Shown here: piece after piece, positions 1-11,782 of the stretch
Layout: each line of letters begins with the position of its first letter
How positions within the stretch are numbered: position 1 is the first letter of the stretch
DNA from: Acidaminococcaceae bacterium
GTDB taxonomy: Bacteria > Bacillota > Negativicutes > Acidaminococcales > Acidaminococcaceae
Length of the DNA stretch: 64,000 nucleotides
Direction: 5' to 3'
Assembly (NCBI GenBank): GCA_036788835.1
Contig: DAIQMR010000007.1
Location: forward strand, 14,096-78,095
The notes under the pieces: generated by a model
Database searches by the model: none
Told to the model about the DNA's origin: nothing
What the model saw: the letters and a program-made list of their open reading frames with translations, nothing else
Position numbers and translations under genes: made by a program

Positions 1-148
1 AAGTTATCTACAACTTTTTTACCAAAAAAATCTAGATAAAATGCGGTTCTAAACCACTTTTCCACATATCCACAAAGCCTAATACTACTAATACTATTTT
101 TTATAAAATATAAAGATAATAGATAATAAATCCTTAAGGAGGAAAAAA
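1..148. promoter_or_regulatory. oriC-like dnaA-dnaN intergenic segment with DnaA boxes, a GC cluster, a TAx trinucleotide run and an AT-rich tract
   Basis: Boxes TTATCtACA at 4-12, TTtTCCACA at 58-66 and aTATCCACA at 66-74 (consensus TTATCCACA). These are followed by aagcc, then taa tac tac taa tac tat (80-97), then nearly pure A/T to ~135. The segment lies directly upstream of dnaN. Confidence 0.6.
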
Positions 149-1261
149 ATGAAATTTTCATGTGAAAGTACCATATTGGCAAAAGAGGTAAATATTGTCA
201 AAAAAGCTATTGCCTCCAGTCCTAATGCACCTATTTTTTCCGGTATCCATTTAATTTTGCAAAGTAATGCTTTAGAAATTATTGCTATGGATGTAAATTT
301 TTTTATGAGTGATATCTGTGAAGTTCAGGGAGAAAGTGATGGAGATATTTTAGTTCCCGCCAGATCATTTTCCGATTTGTTGGCAAAATTTGACAAGGAA
401 ACTATTTTTCTGGAAAAAAATGACACTGATACCGAGTTAAACATTACTTCTCAAAAGGGTAAATTCAGCATCCCTCTGATGGAAAAAGACGATTATCCGC
501 CCTTTCCCGAATTTGCCGCAGACAAAGCCCTTGTTTTCCCGGAAGAAAAAATCAGTGATTTAATTAAAAAGACTATTTATGCTTGTTCTACTGATGAGAG
601 CAGACCGCTTTTTACCGGTGTTTTAATGGAGAAGAAGGGCAATAGCATTACTTGTGTAGGTACTAATACTCATAGGCTGGCAATTAAGACAGTTACTTTG
701 GATAATGCTGATGATACTGAGTATTCTATGATTATTCCTTCTCGTTTATTAAAAGAAATTGCCAATAATTTAAATAAGGATATCCCGGAAGATGTGGAAT
801 TATCTTTACAGCACAGACAGATTCAGGTAAAAATAGGCAGCTTGAAAATTATATCCAGCCTGATTGAAGGGTCTTTCCCCAATTACCGTCGGGTTGTTCC
901 TCCTAATTTTTCCACGAAAGTTACATTCACTTGTCAGGATATGGAAAAAGCTGTACAGAGAGTTTCTCTGTTTTCTAAAGACGATTATAATATTGTTCGT
1001 ATGACTATCGGTAAAGATAATATTATTTTAACCAGTGGTATCAGCGATTTAGGACAAGGCAAAGAAGTAGTGGATTGTACCACTTCCGGAGACGGTTTAA
1101 ATATTGCTTTTAATTCTAAATATTTAATGGATATTCTTAAAAATTCAGGAAGTGAAGGGATTTCCATGGAAATGAATAATTCCTTAAGCCCTGCCTGCCT
1201 GCGTCCTATCAGTGAAGAAGATTATTTGTATATCGTTACTCCTGTAAGGGTAATATTCTAA
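149..1261 (+). CDS. dnaN: DNA polymerase III beta sliding clamp
   Basis: 370 aa. It has the typical DnaN N-terminus and three-domain length, the RBS aaggagg, and sits first in a dnaN-recF-gyrB synteny. Confidence 0.95.
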   Translation: MKFSCESTILAKEVNIVKKAIASSPNAPIFSGIHLILQSNALEIIAMDVNFFMSDICEVQGESDGDILVPARSFSDLLAKFDKETIFLEKNDTDTELNITSQKGKFSIPLMEKDDYPPFPEFAADKALVFPEEKISDLIKKTIYACSTDESRPLFTGVLMEKKGNSITCVGTNTHRLAIKTVTLDNADDTEYSMIIPSRLLKEIANNLNKDIPEDVELSLQHRQIQVKIGSLKIISSLIEGSFPNYRRVVPPNFSTKVTFTCQDMEKAVQRVSLFSKDDYNIVRMTIGKDNIILTSGISDLGQGKEVVDCTTSGDGLNIAFNSKYLMDILKNSGSEGISMEMNNSLSPACLRPISEEDYLYIVTPVRVIF

Positions 1262-1265
1262 GCTT

Positions 1266-2399
1266 ATGAAAATAACTAATTTGCGAATGGAAAATTTTCG
1301 CAATTATGTAAGTGTTAGTTTACCTTTGGATAATAATATAAATATTATTTACGGTGATAATGCCCAGGGGAAAACCAATTTTCTGGAAGCTATTTATTAT
1401 ACTGCTTTTGGTCTGCCGGCCAGAACCAGAAATGAAGATGAATTGGTTAGATTTACCACTGACAGTTTTTGTTCTGAGGTTAAGTTCACTAATAATTACA
1501 CGGAAAATAAAATTACCGTAAAAAGATGGCAGCAACTGAATAAATGGAAAAAAGAAATATTTTTCAATGATAAAAAAATTTCTGCTAAGGAGCATTACGG
1601 ACTGTTTAACGTAGTGCTTTTTGCCCCTGATGATCTACAGATTGTCAAAGGAGAACCTGGTTTAAGAAGAAAATTTTTAGATATGGAAATTGCTCAGACT
1701 AATAAATATTATTACGAGTTATTAGTTAAGTATAATAAAATATTGTCGCAAAGAAATAAATTTCTTAAAAACGCCAGGGAAACAGCAAAAACAGATGAAA
1801 AACAGCTCAAAATTTGGGATGGGGAATTATCTGACGTAGCTGCAGAAGTTGTGATGATTCGCTTGGTTGCCTTGGAGAAAGTCAGCAAAATAACTACAGA
1901 AATTTATAGCAAAATTACCGAAGCTAAAGAAAATTTTAGTATTGATTATCTTTTAAAAACAGCACAAGATAGTGAAATTGAGAATAAATTTCAAGAAAAA
2001 GCAGAATTTAAGGAATTTTATCTGCAGGAATTAAAAAAAAGGCGAAATTTAGATGTTTTACGCGGTTATACCAGTATTGGTCCTCATAGGGATGACTTGG
2101 TTATTAAAGTAAATAACAATAATTTGCGTTCTTTTGGCTCCCAGGGACAACAAAGAAGCGGCGCCTTAGCTTTAAAATTGGCAGAACTGGAATTTATCAA
2201 AGAAAGCAAAGAAGAATATCCTGTGTTGCTTTTAGATGATGTTATGAGTGAATTGGACATTAACAGACGTAAGCAGTTATTAACTTTTATTAATGGTAAA
2301 GTTCAGACTTTTTTGACTGTGAATGATAAAGAATTAGGAAAATATTTACCTGACAGCAAGTTTTTTTATGTGAAAAATGGTAGTATAAGTGAGGAATAA
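1266..2399 (+). CDS. recF: DNA replication/repair protein RecF
   Basis: 377 aa with Walker A GDNAQGKT, the SMC-like signature region GSQGQQRS and Walker B LLLDDV. It lies downstream of dnaN. Confidence 0.95.
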   Translation: MKITNLRMENFRNYVSVSLPLDNNINIIYGDNAQGKTNFLEAIYYTAFGLPARTRNEDELVRFTTDSFCSEVKFTNNYTENKITVKRWQQLNKWKKEIFFNDKKISAKEHYGLFNVVLFAPDDLQIVKGEPGLRRKFLDMEIAQTNKYYYELLVKYNKILSQRNKFLKNARETAKTDEKQLKIWDGELSDVAAEVVMIRLVALEKVSKITTEIYSKITEAKENFSIDYLLKTAQDSEIENKFQEKAEFKEFYLQELKKRRNLDVLRGYTSIGPHRDDLVIKVNNNNLRSFGSQGQQRSGALALKLAELEFIKESKEEYPVLLLDDVMSELDINRRKQLLTFINGKVQTFLTVNDKELGKYLPDSKFFYVKNGSISEE

Positions 2400-3115
2400 T
2401 GTGAAGGAACTGGAAAGTTGGATATTAAAAGGTCTAAAAACCAATTTTTCTAAGGAGAAATACCTTTTGTATTATCTTCGGGCTAATTGGGATAAAATAG
2501 TAGGAGAAGTTACTGCTAAACACGCCCAGCCTGTTCGACTCATTAACGGGGTGTTAACCGTGAATACAGATAATGCTGCCTGGTCCAATAATCTTTTAAT
2601 GTTAAAAAAACAAGTATTGGGAAAAATTAATGGCTTTATGCCTGTGGAAGCTGGACGTAAACATGCTTTTAAGTTAAAAGATTTAAAATTTTTTACAGGA
2701 AGCCTGCCAGCGGAAGAATCTGTAGAGCAAGTAGAAGAAAGACCTTTTATTCCCAAACTTGATCCTAAGCGAAGATGTCCTGAATGTGGCGTGCCTCTTT
2801 TGCCGGGAGAAAAAATCTGCGGCTGTTGCGAAAGAAAAGAGGCCGGCGTTATTCGGCAGCAAATTCACAAAATGTTGTGTAGGGTACCATGGTTACAACA
2901 TAGTGATTGTGTAAAACAGGTAAATTGTGATAGAATAACATTTAATGGTGTTAAAGCTTCTTTGCTGGAAAATGCAATTTGGCAGGCTTTAAAAAAAGAA
3001 GCAACTCCTGCAGAAAAGCTTTTTCCGGTTATGCTGGAAAGATCTTTAACCCCCGATCAAGTTACAGAAGAAATACTGAAGAAAGCTTTGGCAAGATACA
3101 AAAGGAGCAGAATTT

Positions 3116-5310
<2,195 letters not shown>

Positions 5311-5332
5311 TTGAAAGTAGGGTGAAGGAACT

Positions 5333-6037
5333 GTGCAGATTAAGTTACCGGCAGGTACTTTTACAGTGCCTCAAGCCCCATGTTACGAAAAGAAAAGTCT
5401 TATTGTGGCCGGAGGCCGCAGACCTGACAAAAATTGGCTGGCAACTATGGCCCGTGATTGTACAGTGTGGGCGGCAGACCGGGGTGCCGATTATTGCCGG
5501 GAGGCAGGAATCAAAGTTTCCTATCTTTATGGGGACAGAGACAGCGTGAATCCGGCGGACTGGGCGGCTATTGCCGCAACCAATCCTGTGATTAAAACTT
5601 TTCCTCCGGCGAAAAACGATACAGACTTAACCTTAGTTTTGCAGGATTTGCCTCTTTCCGCTGTGGTAATTGCCACCGGTATTTGGGGAGGCAGGGCAGA
5701 TCATCTATATGCTAATATTTTTTCTTTGTATGCGGCTAAACAAAGAGGTCAAGGAGCGGTGCTTTTAGCCGATGCTTCCGAGGTAATGCTGCTTTTGGCA
5801 GCAGGAGAAGAAGCGGCTTTTACGGTAGCGGGTGTTTTGCCTCATGCGGTGAGTCTCTTGCCCCTGGGGCCGGAGAACAAGGTTTCCGTAGAAGGGGTCC
5901 AATGGCCCTTAGAGCAGGCAGATTTGTTGATGACACATCCTTATGCAATCAGTAATGTTATGCAGCAAGAGACCATGACAGTTAGTTGTACGAAAGGCAG
6001 CATTGGTTTTTACCTTAATTTTAAGGATGGTACCTAA
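5333..6037 (+). CDS. thiN: Thiamine diphosphokinase
   Basis: 234 aa. LIVAGG, GDRDS, KNDTD and GGRADH match the TPK catalytic-domain motif series. The start codon is GTG. Confidence 0.7.
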   Translation: MQIKLPAGTFTVPQAPCYEKKSLIVAGGRRPDKNWLATMARDCTVWAADRGADYCREAGIKVSYLYGDRDSVNPADWAAIAATNPVIKTFPPAKNDTDLTLVLQDLPLSAVVIATGIWGGRADHLYANIFSLYAAKQRGQGAVLLADASEVMLLLAAGEEAAFTVAGVLPHAVSLLPLGPENKVSVEGVQWPLEQADLLMTHPYAISNVMQQETMTVSCTKGSIGFYLNFKDGT

Positions 6038-6039
6038 TT

Positions 6040-6807
6040 ATGTGGGAATATGAAACAGGCTGTTTGTTTTTTGTTTTTGGAGCCGGGCTTATCGGTGCTT
6101 TTATTGATGCAGTGGTAGGCGGCGGAGGATTGGTTACTACGCCTGCTTTGTTGGCAGTAGGGCTTCCGGTGGCTACGGCCCTGGGATCCAATAAATTAGG
6201 CAGCGTTTTCGGCACCTTTACCAGCGCTTTTACTTTTTGGCGGCACAATCGTATTGATAAAAAAACCGTCATGAAATTAGTTCCCTTGTCTTTTTTGGGT
6301 TCAGGGCTAGGTGCTTATCTGGTTTATTTATTACCGGAAAAACTTATGAAAAACATCGTTGTGCTGGCTTTGGTGGTGGTAGCGGTGTATACCTATCGCC
6401 GGAAAGACTGGGGCGATGTTAATAAGTTGAAAGACTTTACCTCAGGAGTTGCGGTGCTAGTAGTAACTCTTGCCTTTGGTCTTGGATTTTATGATGGATT
6501 TTTCGGTCCGGGGACCGGCAGTTTTTTAATTTTTATGTTTTTATATTTAGGTTTTAATTTTGTCTTCGCCGCCGGCAATGCCAAGGCCTTAAACCTGGCC
6601 AGCGGTTTGGGAGCACTGTTAGTTTTTAGTTTAACCGGTTCCATTAATATTCCTTATGCCCTTACCATGGCGTCAGGACAGATAATCGGGGCAAGAATGG
6701 GAGCCAAGCTCGCTATTGCTAAAGGAGCATCCTATGTCAAACCATTGTATTTAACAGTAACCACTTTGCTTATTGGCAAACAGGTTTACGATTTATTATT
6801 TAAATAG
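6040..6807 (+). CDS. TSUP (TauE/SafE) family membrane transporter
   Basis: 255 aa, polytopic, with the glycine-rich motif [19 protein letters not shown] repeated in the second half ([14 protein letters not shown]). Confidence 0.8.
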   Translation: MWEYETGCLFFVFGAGLIGAFIDAVVGGGGLVTTPALLAVGLPVATALGSNKLGSVFGTFTSAFTFWRHNRIDKKTVMKLVPLSFLGSGLGAYLVYLLPEKLMKNIVVLALVVVAVYTYRRKDWGDVNKLKDFTSGVAVLVVTLAFGLGFYDGFFGPGTGSFLIFMFLYLGFNFVFAAGNAKALNLASGLGALLVFSLTGSINIPYALTMASGQIIGARMGAKLAIAKGASYVKPLYLTVTTLLIGKQVYDLLFK

Positions 6808-6820
6808 AGAAAAAGGATTG

Positions 6821-9313
6821 GTGAAGAAAGTGGACGAAAATCAGAACGGGACACCCATAGCCAGCAAGGTTATTCCTGTCAATTTGGAAGATGAAATGCA
6901 AAAGTCCTATATCGATTACGCCATGAGCGTTATTGTGCAAAGGGCTTTGCCCGATGTTCGGGACGGCCTGAAGCCTGTTCATAGGCGTATTCTTTATGCC
7001 ATGAACGAAGCAGGGATGACACCTACGAAGGCCTACAAAAAATCTGCCCGTATCGTCGGTGATGTTTTAGGTAAATATCATCCCCATGGTGATTCCTCTG
7101 TTTATGATGCTATTGTCCGTCTGGCTCAGGATTTCTCTACCAGGTATTTAATGGTGGACGGCCATGGTAACTTTGGCAGCGTAGATGGTGACCCGGCGGC
7201 AGCTATGCGTTATACGGAAGTCCGTATGGGCAAAATTGCTACGGAGATGCTGGAAGATATCGAAAAAGATACTGTGGATTTCATCCCTAACTATGATGAA
7301 TCTTTGAAAGAACCAGTGGTTCTGCCTTCTAAAGTGCCAGCTCTGCTCATTAATGGTTCTGCAGGTATTGCCGTTGGTATGGCTACCAACATTCCCCCTC
7401 ATAATCTAGGGGAAGTAGTGGACGGCCTGATTATGCTCATTGATAATCCCGAGGCTACCGTGGAAGACCTGATGAGCAAGGTCAAGGGCCCGGATTTTCC
7501 TACAGGAGCTCAGATTCTTGGCTTAAGCGGTATTAAGTCTGCCTATACAACAGGCAGGGGCGTGGTCAAGGTGAGAGCCAAAGCCACTATCGAACCCATG
7601 CCTAAAAATAAGCATAAAATTATCGTTTCCGAAATTCCCTATCAGGTGAACAAAGCAAAATTAATCGAAGATATTGCTCATTTAGTTCAAGATAAGACTA
7701 TTGAAGGGATTACGGATTTACGGGACGAAAGTGACCGTAAAGGCATGCGGATAGTTATTGAGCTGCGGGCCGATGCGGTTCCGGATATTGTTTTAAATAA
7801 GCTGTATAAACACACCCAGATGCAGGATTCCTTTGGTATCATTATGCTGGCCTTGGTAAATAACCATCCCAGGATTTTGAATCTGAAACAAATTATGGAA
7901 TACTATCTGGAACACCAAAAGGTAGTTATTACTCGCCGGACCAAGTACGAACTGGCCAAGGCAAAAGACAGGGCGCATATTTTGGAAGGATTAAAAATAG
8001 CCCTGGATAATTTGGATGCGGTTATTTCTACCATTCGGGAAAGCGAAAACGCCGATATTGCCAAAGAAGCCTTAATGGAGAGGTTCAAGCTTAGCGACAA
8101 GCAGGCCCAGGCTATTTTGGACATGAGACTCCAACGCCTAACCGGTTTGGAAAGAAAGAAGATTGAAGACGAATATCACGATGTGTTGGAAACCATTGCT
8201 TATTTGGAGAGTATTTTGGCAGATGAGCAAAAGGTTTGGGGCATTATCAAAGAAGATATGCTGGATGTGAAAAAGCGTTTCGGAGATGCCAGAAGAACCG
8301 ATATTGTTCCCGATACCAGCGAAATCAATGTGGAAGATTTAATTGCTCAGGAAGATGTGGTTATTACCATTAGCCATCAAGGATACATAAAACGCCAGGC
8401 TTTATCCAACTTCCGGACCATGAACAGAGGCACTAAGGGTGTAATGGGGGGCGGCGGCAAGACCGACGACTTCTCAGAGCATATCTTCATGGCTACTACT
8501 CACGATAATATTCTGTTCTTTACCAACAGAGGCAGAGTGTATAGACAAAAGGGTTACGAAATTCCTGAATTTAAGCGTCAGGCTAAAGGCACGGCTATTG
8601 TTAATCTTCTGCCGGTAACCGGCGGAGAAAAAATTACAGCTGTTATTGCCGTAGCAGATAATATGGAAGCAGATCAGGATAAATTCATGTTCATGGCCAC
8701 CAACCAAGGAACCGTGAAAAAGACCCCTGTTAAGGACTTTAATTCTGCCCGGAGAGCCGGTCTCATTGCTATTAATCTGGATGAAGGAGAGCAGCTCATT
8801 GATGTGAAGCTCACTGATGGCAATAGTCAGGTGCTTTTGGCTACCAACGGCGGCTACGCTATCCGCTTCGGTGAAGAGGATGTCCGTCCTATGGGCAGAA
8901 CCGCTCACGGCGTCCGTGGTATCTCTCTTCGCAAAGAGGACACGGTAGTCTCTATGGACTGCTGCAATGATGAAGCCATAGAAGTACTTACGGCCAGCGA
9001 ATTAGGTATGGGCAAACGTACCAGTCTGGGAGATTACAGAAAGCAAACCAGGGGAGGCAAAGGTATCATCAACCTGAAAATCACTCCTAAAACCGGTGGA
9101 ATTGTAGGCTCTAAGATTATTAATAATGACCAGGAAGTAATCTTTATTACAACCTCCGGCGTTATTAACCGTCAGGAAGCTAAGAATATCTCCACCTATA
9201 AACGGAATACCCAGGGCGTGAAGCTGGTTAATCTGGATGACGGGGACAAGCTTGCTGCTTTGGCCGTAGTGTCTCCTATGGACGACGGGGAAGAAGAAAC
9301 CACTGAAGAATAA
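6821..9313 (+). CDS. gyrA: DNA gyrase subunit A
   Basis: It has the [19 protein letters not shown] and AAMRYTE active-site regions and a C-terminal beta-pinwheel. The ORF opens at 6773, but GTG 6821 follows the RBS aaaagga and removes the overlap with the upstream gene. Confidence 0.95.
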   Translation: MKKVDENQNGTPIASKVIPVNLEDEMQKSYIDYAMSVIVQRALPDVRDGLKPVHRRILYAMNEAGMTPTKAYKKSARIVGDVLGKYHPHGDSSVYDAIVRLAQDFSTRYLMVDGHGNFGSVDGDPAAAMRYTEVRMGKIATEMLEDIEKDTVDFIPNYDESLKEPVVLPSKVPALLINGSAGIAVGMATNIPPHNLGEVVDGLIMLIDNPEATVEDLMSKVKGPDFPTGAQILGLSGIKSAYTTGRGVVKVRAKATIEPMPKNKHKIIVSEIPYQVNKAKLIEDIAHLVQDKTIEGITDLRDESDRKGMRIVIELRADAVPDIVLNKLYKHTQMQDSFGIIMLALVNNHPRILNLKQIMEYYLEHQKVVITRRTKYELAKAKDRAHILEGLKIALDNLDAVISTIRESENADIAKEALMERFKLSDKQAQAILDMRLQRLTGLERKKIEDEYHDVLETIAYLESILADEQKVWGIIKEDMLDVKKRFGDARRTDIVPDTSEINVEDLIAQEDVVITISHQGYIKRQALSNFRTMNRGTKGVMGGGGKTDDFSEHIFMATTHDNILFFTNRGRVYRQKGYEIPEFKRQAKGTAIVNLLPVTGGEKITAVIAVADNMEADQDKFMFMATNQGTVKKTPVKDFNSARRAGLIAINLDEGEQLIDVKLTDGNSQVLLATNGGYAIRFGEEDVRPMGRTAHGVRGISLRKEDTVVSMDCCNDEAIEVLTASELGMGKRTSLGDYRKQTRGGKGIINLKITPKTGGIVGSKIINNDQEVIFITTSGVINRQEAKNISTYKRNTQGVKLVNLDDGDKLAALAVVSPMDDGEEETTEE

Positions 9314-9367
9314 ATCTACAAATCTATATCTTGTGGCTCTGGCATAAAATGCAAAATTATACACAAG

Positions 9368-9501
9368 TTATCAACAGGCTGTGGATAATGTGGATAAAGG
9401 ATAGAGTATAGGTAATTTTACCCTAAAAACCTTAAATAAATAGCAAAAACAAGGAGTTATCCACCGTATCTGTGGATAACTCCTTGTTAAATTGTGGAAA
9501 A
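9368..9501. promoter_or_regulatory. DnaA-box cluster (6 boxes) downstream of gyrA
   Basis: Boxes TTATCaACA 9368-9376, TGTGGATAA 9380-9388, TGTGGATAA 9389-9397, TTATCCACc 9457-9465, TGTGGATAA 9471-9479 and TGTGGAaAA 9493-9501. The stretch 9451-9485 is a perfect 14-bp inverted repeat, aaggagttatccac/gtggataactcctt. Confidence 0.7.
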
Positions 9502-9589
9502 CCTAATCAATAGTGAATAGTAAAATCCTAGATATAGGATTAGAAAAGACTCTTTTAGCGTCACCGTCTTACTAAAGCCAAATTCTTTC

Positions 9590-9618
9590 TTGCGCGAATT
9601 CTAAAAAAATGCTATAAT
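9590..9618 (+). promoter_or_regulatory. Sigma-70-type promoter of the rpsF-ssb-rpsR operon
   Basis: TTGCGC (9590-9595), a 17-nt spacer, then TATAAT (9613-9618). Confidence 0.6.
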
Positions 9619-9697
9619 CTTTAAGCTGTATATATGAAAGTATATACTTCTTCTGCTCCCGTGATAGAGGAGCAAATCCAAAGGAGGAGGTGATTTC
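9619..9697 (+). promoter_or_regulatory. Candidate rpsF (S6:S18) autoregulatory leader hairpin
   Basis: The 5' UTR contains the hairpin tgctcc-cgtgatagag-gagca immediately before the RBS aggaggagg. This is the position of the ribosomal-protein leader described for rpsF operons. Confidence 0.35.
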
Positions 9698-9982
9698 GTG
9701 AATAACTACGAAGTCATGTACATCGTTAAACCTATCGAAGAGGACGCATTTGCTGCTGTCGTAAAGAAATTCGATGATTTGCTGGTTGCTAATGGTGCTA
9801 CAGTAGAAAAATCTGAAAAGCTGGGTAAAAAACACTTGGCTTACGAGATTCAAGACTTTAAAGAAGGCTTATATGTTCTGACCACTTTCAGTGCTGAACC
9901 TAAAGCTGTTAAAGAGCTTGACCGTGTAATGAAGATTACTGAAGAACTTTTGCGTCATATGATTATTAAAAAAGACGAATAA
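9698..9982 (+). CDS. rpsF: 30S ribosomal protein S6
   Basis: 94 aa, NYEVMYIVKP ... KKHLAYEI. The start codon is GTG after a strong RBS. Confidence 0.95.
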   Translation: MNNYEVMYIVKPIEEDAFAAVVKKFDDLLVANGATVEKSEKLGKKHLAYEIQDFKEGLYVLTTFSAEPKAVKELDRVMKITEELLRHMIIKKDE

Positions 9983-10002
9983 GCAGAGGGAGGTAGATTA
10001 GT

Positions 10003-10440
10003 ATGAACAGGATTATCCTCATGGGCCGCCTTACCAGGGACCCGGAAGTGCGTATTACACCAACGGAGAAAACCGTTTGCACATTTACCTTAGCTGTTGA
10101 TCGCCCATTCACCGGAAAAGATGGACAAAGAGAAGCAGATTTTATCAACATCGTTGTATGGGGTAAATCTGCGGAATTATGTGGAAACAATGTTTCCAAG
10201 GGACAAAGACTCTTAGTGGAAGGCCGTTTACAACTGCGTAATTACGTAGGCAAAGACGGCAATAAACGCTATGTTACCGAAGTTATCGCAGACCGTATTG
10301 AGTTCATTGAGCGCAAGAGCTCAGGGACTAACCCGGCCGCTGTTAAACCTGCCGGTGGCACAGAGGAAAAAACAGAAGAGAAAACCGGCATGGAGAGCTT
10401 CGGTTCTACCGTTGGTTTTGATGAAGAGATCCCATTTTAA
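10003..10440 (+). CDS. ssb: Single-stranded DNA-binding protein
   Basis: 145 aa with the OB-fold N-terminus MNRIILMGRLTRDPEVR and the acidic tail DEEIPF. Confidence 0.95.
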   Translation: MNRIILMGRLTRDPEVRITPTEKTVCTFTLAVDRPFTGKDGQREADFINIVVWGKSAELCGNNVSKGQRLLVEGRLQLRNYVGKDGNKRYVTEVIADRIEFIERKSSGTNPAAVKPAGGTEEKTEEKTGMESFGSTVGFDEEIPF

Positions 10441-10456
10441 CAAGGGAGGTTAAAGA

Positions 10457-10711
10457 ATGTATAATAATAACAATGCCAATAAACGCGAAAGAGGCGGACG
10501 CCGCCCCAGAAGAAAAGTTTGTTCTTTCTGCGTAGACAAAGTGGAAGATATTGATTATAAGGATGTAGCAAAATTAAGCAAGTTCATTACTGAACGCGGT
10601 AAGATTTTGCCCCGTCGTATCTCCGGCACTTGTGCTAAGCATCAACGTCAACTGACCATCGCTATTAAGCGTGCCAGGAACGTTGCTTTGCTTCCGTTTA
10701 CAGCTGAATAA
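10457..10711 (+). CDS. rpsR: 30S ribosomal protein S18
   Basis: 84 aa with RRKVCSFC ... IDYKDV ... [14 protein letters not shown]. Confidence 0.95.
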   Translation: MYNNNNANKRERGGRRPRRKVCSFCVDKVEDIDYKDVAKLSKFITERGKILPRRISGTCAKHQRQLTIAIKRARNVALLPFTAE

Positions 10712-10720
10712 GCAATCTGA

Positions 10721-10750
10721 AAGACAGACCTTTTATGGTCTGTCTTTTTT
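10721..10750 (+). terminator. Intrinsic terminator after rpsR
   Basis: Stem agacagacc / ggtctgtct followed by a T-run. Confidence 0.8.
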
Positions 10751-10799
10751 AGTGGAAATATAGTAAAATAGGGGTATCTTTTCTTGAGGAGGAACCTAT

Positions 10800-11768
10800 T
10801 TGGTAATCAAAAAAACATCTGCCCTGGTGGAGTCGGCGATTTTAGCCGCCATAGCAGTTATCTTTACTCTAGCGGGGGAATATATTCCCCTTGTGGGCAT
10901 GTTCACTAATTTGTTCTGGCCCCTGCCTATTATCTTATGCGGTCGCCGAAATGGACTGAAATGGAGTACCCTTTGTTTATTGGTTACAGCCGCCATTATC
11001 GCTATGCTGGTTGGTCCTTTGACTGCTTTAACCACAGTACTGCTGCTGGGCATTATTGGCCTGGTAATGGGAGAAGGCATGCGGCGGAACATGAGTCCCG
11101 GGAAAATTCTTCTGGTAGGCACCATGGCTTCTATTGTTTCCATTGTGCTGAGCATTGCCGCCGGGTACTTCTTGCTGCACATTGATGTGGCAAAGAATCT
11201 TACAGATAGTTTGGAACAGAGTTTTTCTCTGACCATGGATTTGTACAAAAAAACCGGCATGTCTTTGGCCCAAATGGGAGAAATGCAAGCCCAGATGGGT
11301 GCCATCACGAAAATGCTGAAAATATCCCTGCCGGCCATTGTTTTTCTTTCTGCCCCTATTACGGTCTTGATTAATTACTGGGGAGCCAGGAAAGTCTTGT
11401 CCAGAATGGGGGAATATTATCCCTGGTTTCCGCCCTTTGCCCAATGGCAGCTGCCTAAAACCGCTATTCTGCCTTATTTATTGGCTATAGGTTTACTTTT
11501 TCTCATGCGGAACCGGCCGGAACATGTTTTGTATATTTTGGGGTACAATTTATTTATCTTTTTTAATGTTATAATGGTAATCAATGCTTTAGCGTTGATT
11601 TATTGGTATACTATTACCAGGCAAAAAAGCAAGGGACTTTTTTATCTCGGTTTGTTTTTAGTGTTTTTCAGTCAGCTGTTTTCTCAGCTGGCAGTTATTG
11701 TTGGGGCATATGATATAATTTTTGATTTTCGCAAATTGCGCAAGCGCCCTACAGAAAGCGAAAAATAG
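10800..11768 (+). CDS. yybS: YybS-like (DUF2232) polytopic membrane protein
   Basis: 322 aa with multiple TM segments. It occupies the Bacillus yybS slot between rpsR and gdpP. The start codon is TTG. Confidence 0.7.
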   Translation: MVIKKTSALVESAILAAIAVIFTLAGEYIPLVGMFTNLFWPLPIILCGRRNGLKWSTLCLLVTAAIIAMLVGPLTALTTVLLLGIIGLVMGEGMRRNMSPGKILLVGTMASIVSIVLSIAAGYFLLHIDVAKNLTDSLEQSFSLTMDLYKKTGMSLAQMGEMQAQMGAITKMLKISLPAIVFLSAPITVLINYWGARKVLSRMGEYYPWFPPFAQWQLPKTAILPYLLAIGLLFLMRNRPEHVLYILGYNLFIFFNVIMVINALALIYWYTITRQKSKGLFYLGLFLVFFSQLFSQLAVIVGAYDIIFDFRKLRKRPTESEK

Positions 11769-11782
11769 AAAGAGGAAGCTAT

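Noticed and set aside
5322-5549. An alternative 75-aa ORF overlapping the start of the thiamine diphosphokinase gene.
   Set aside because: The other frame (5333-6037) carries the complete TPK motif series, and this frame has no recognisable features.
6773-6820. An N-terminal extension of the gyrA ORF that overlaps the TSUP gene.
   Set aside because: The in-frame GTG at 6821 is preceded by an RBS and gives a normal GyrA N-terminus. The extension is just the open frame before the true start.
10796-11338. Long antisense ORFs embedded in confident genes. This one is 180 aa; others are 21010-21654, 25695-26273, 31126-31887, 40098-40703, 44650-45363 and 8474-8908.
   Set aside because: Each lies entirely opposite a gene with clear family motifs, has low-complexity or odd composition, and lacks an RBS. 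They are typical shadow ORFs.
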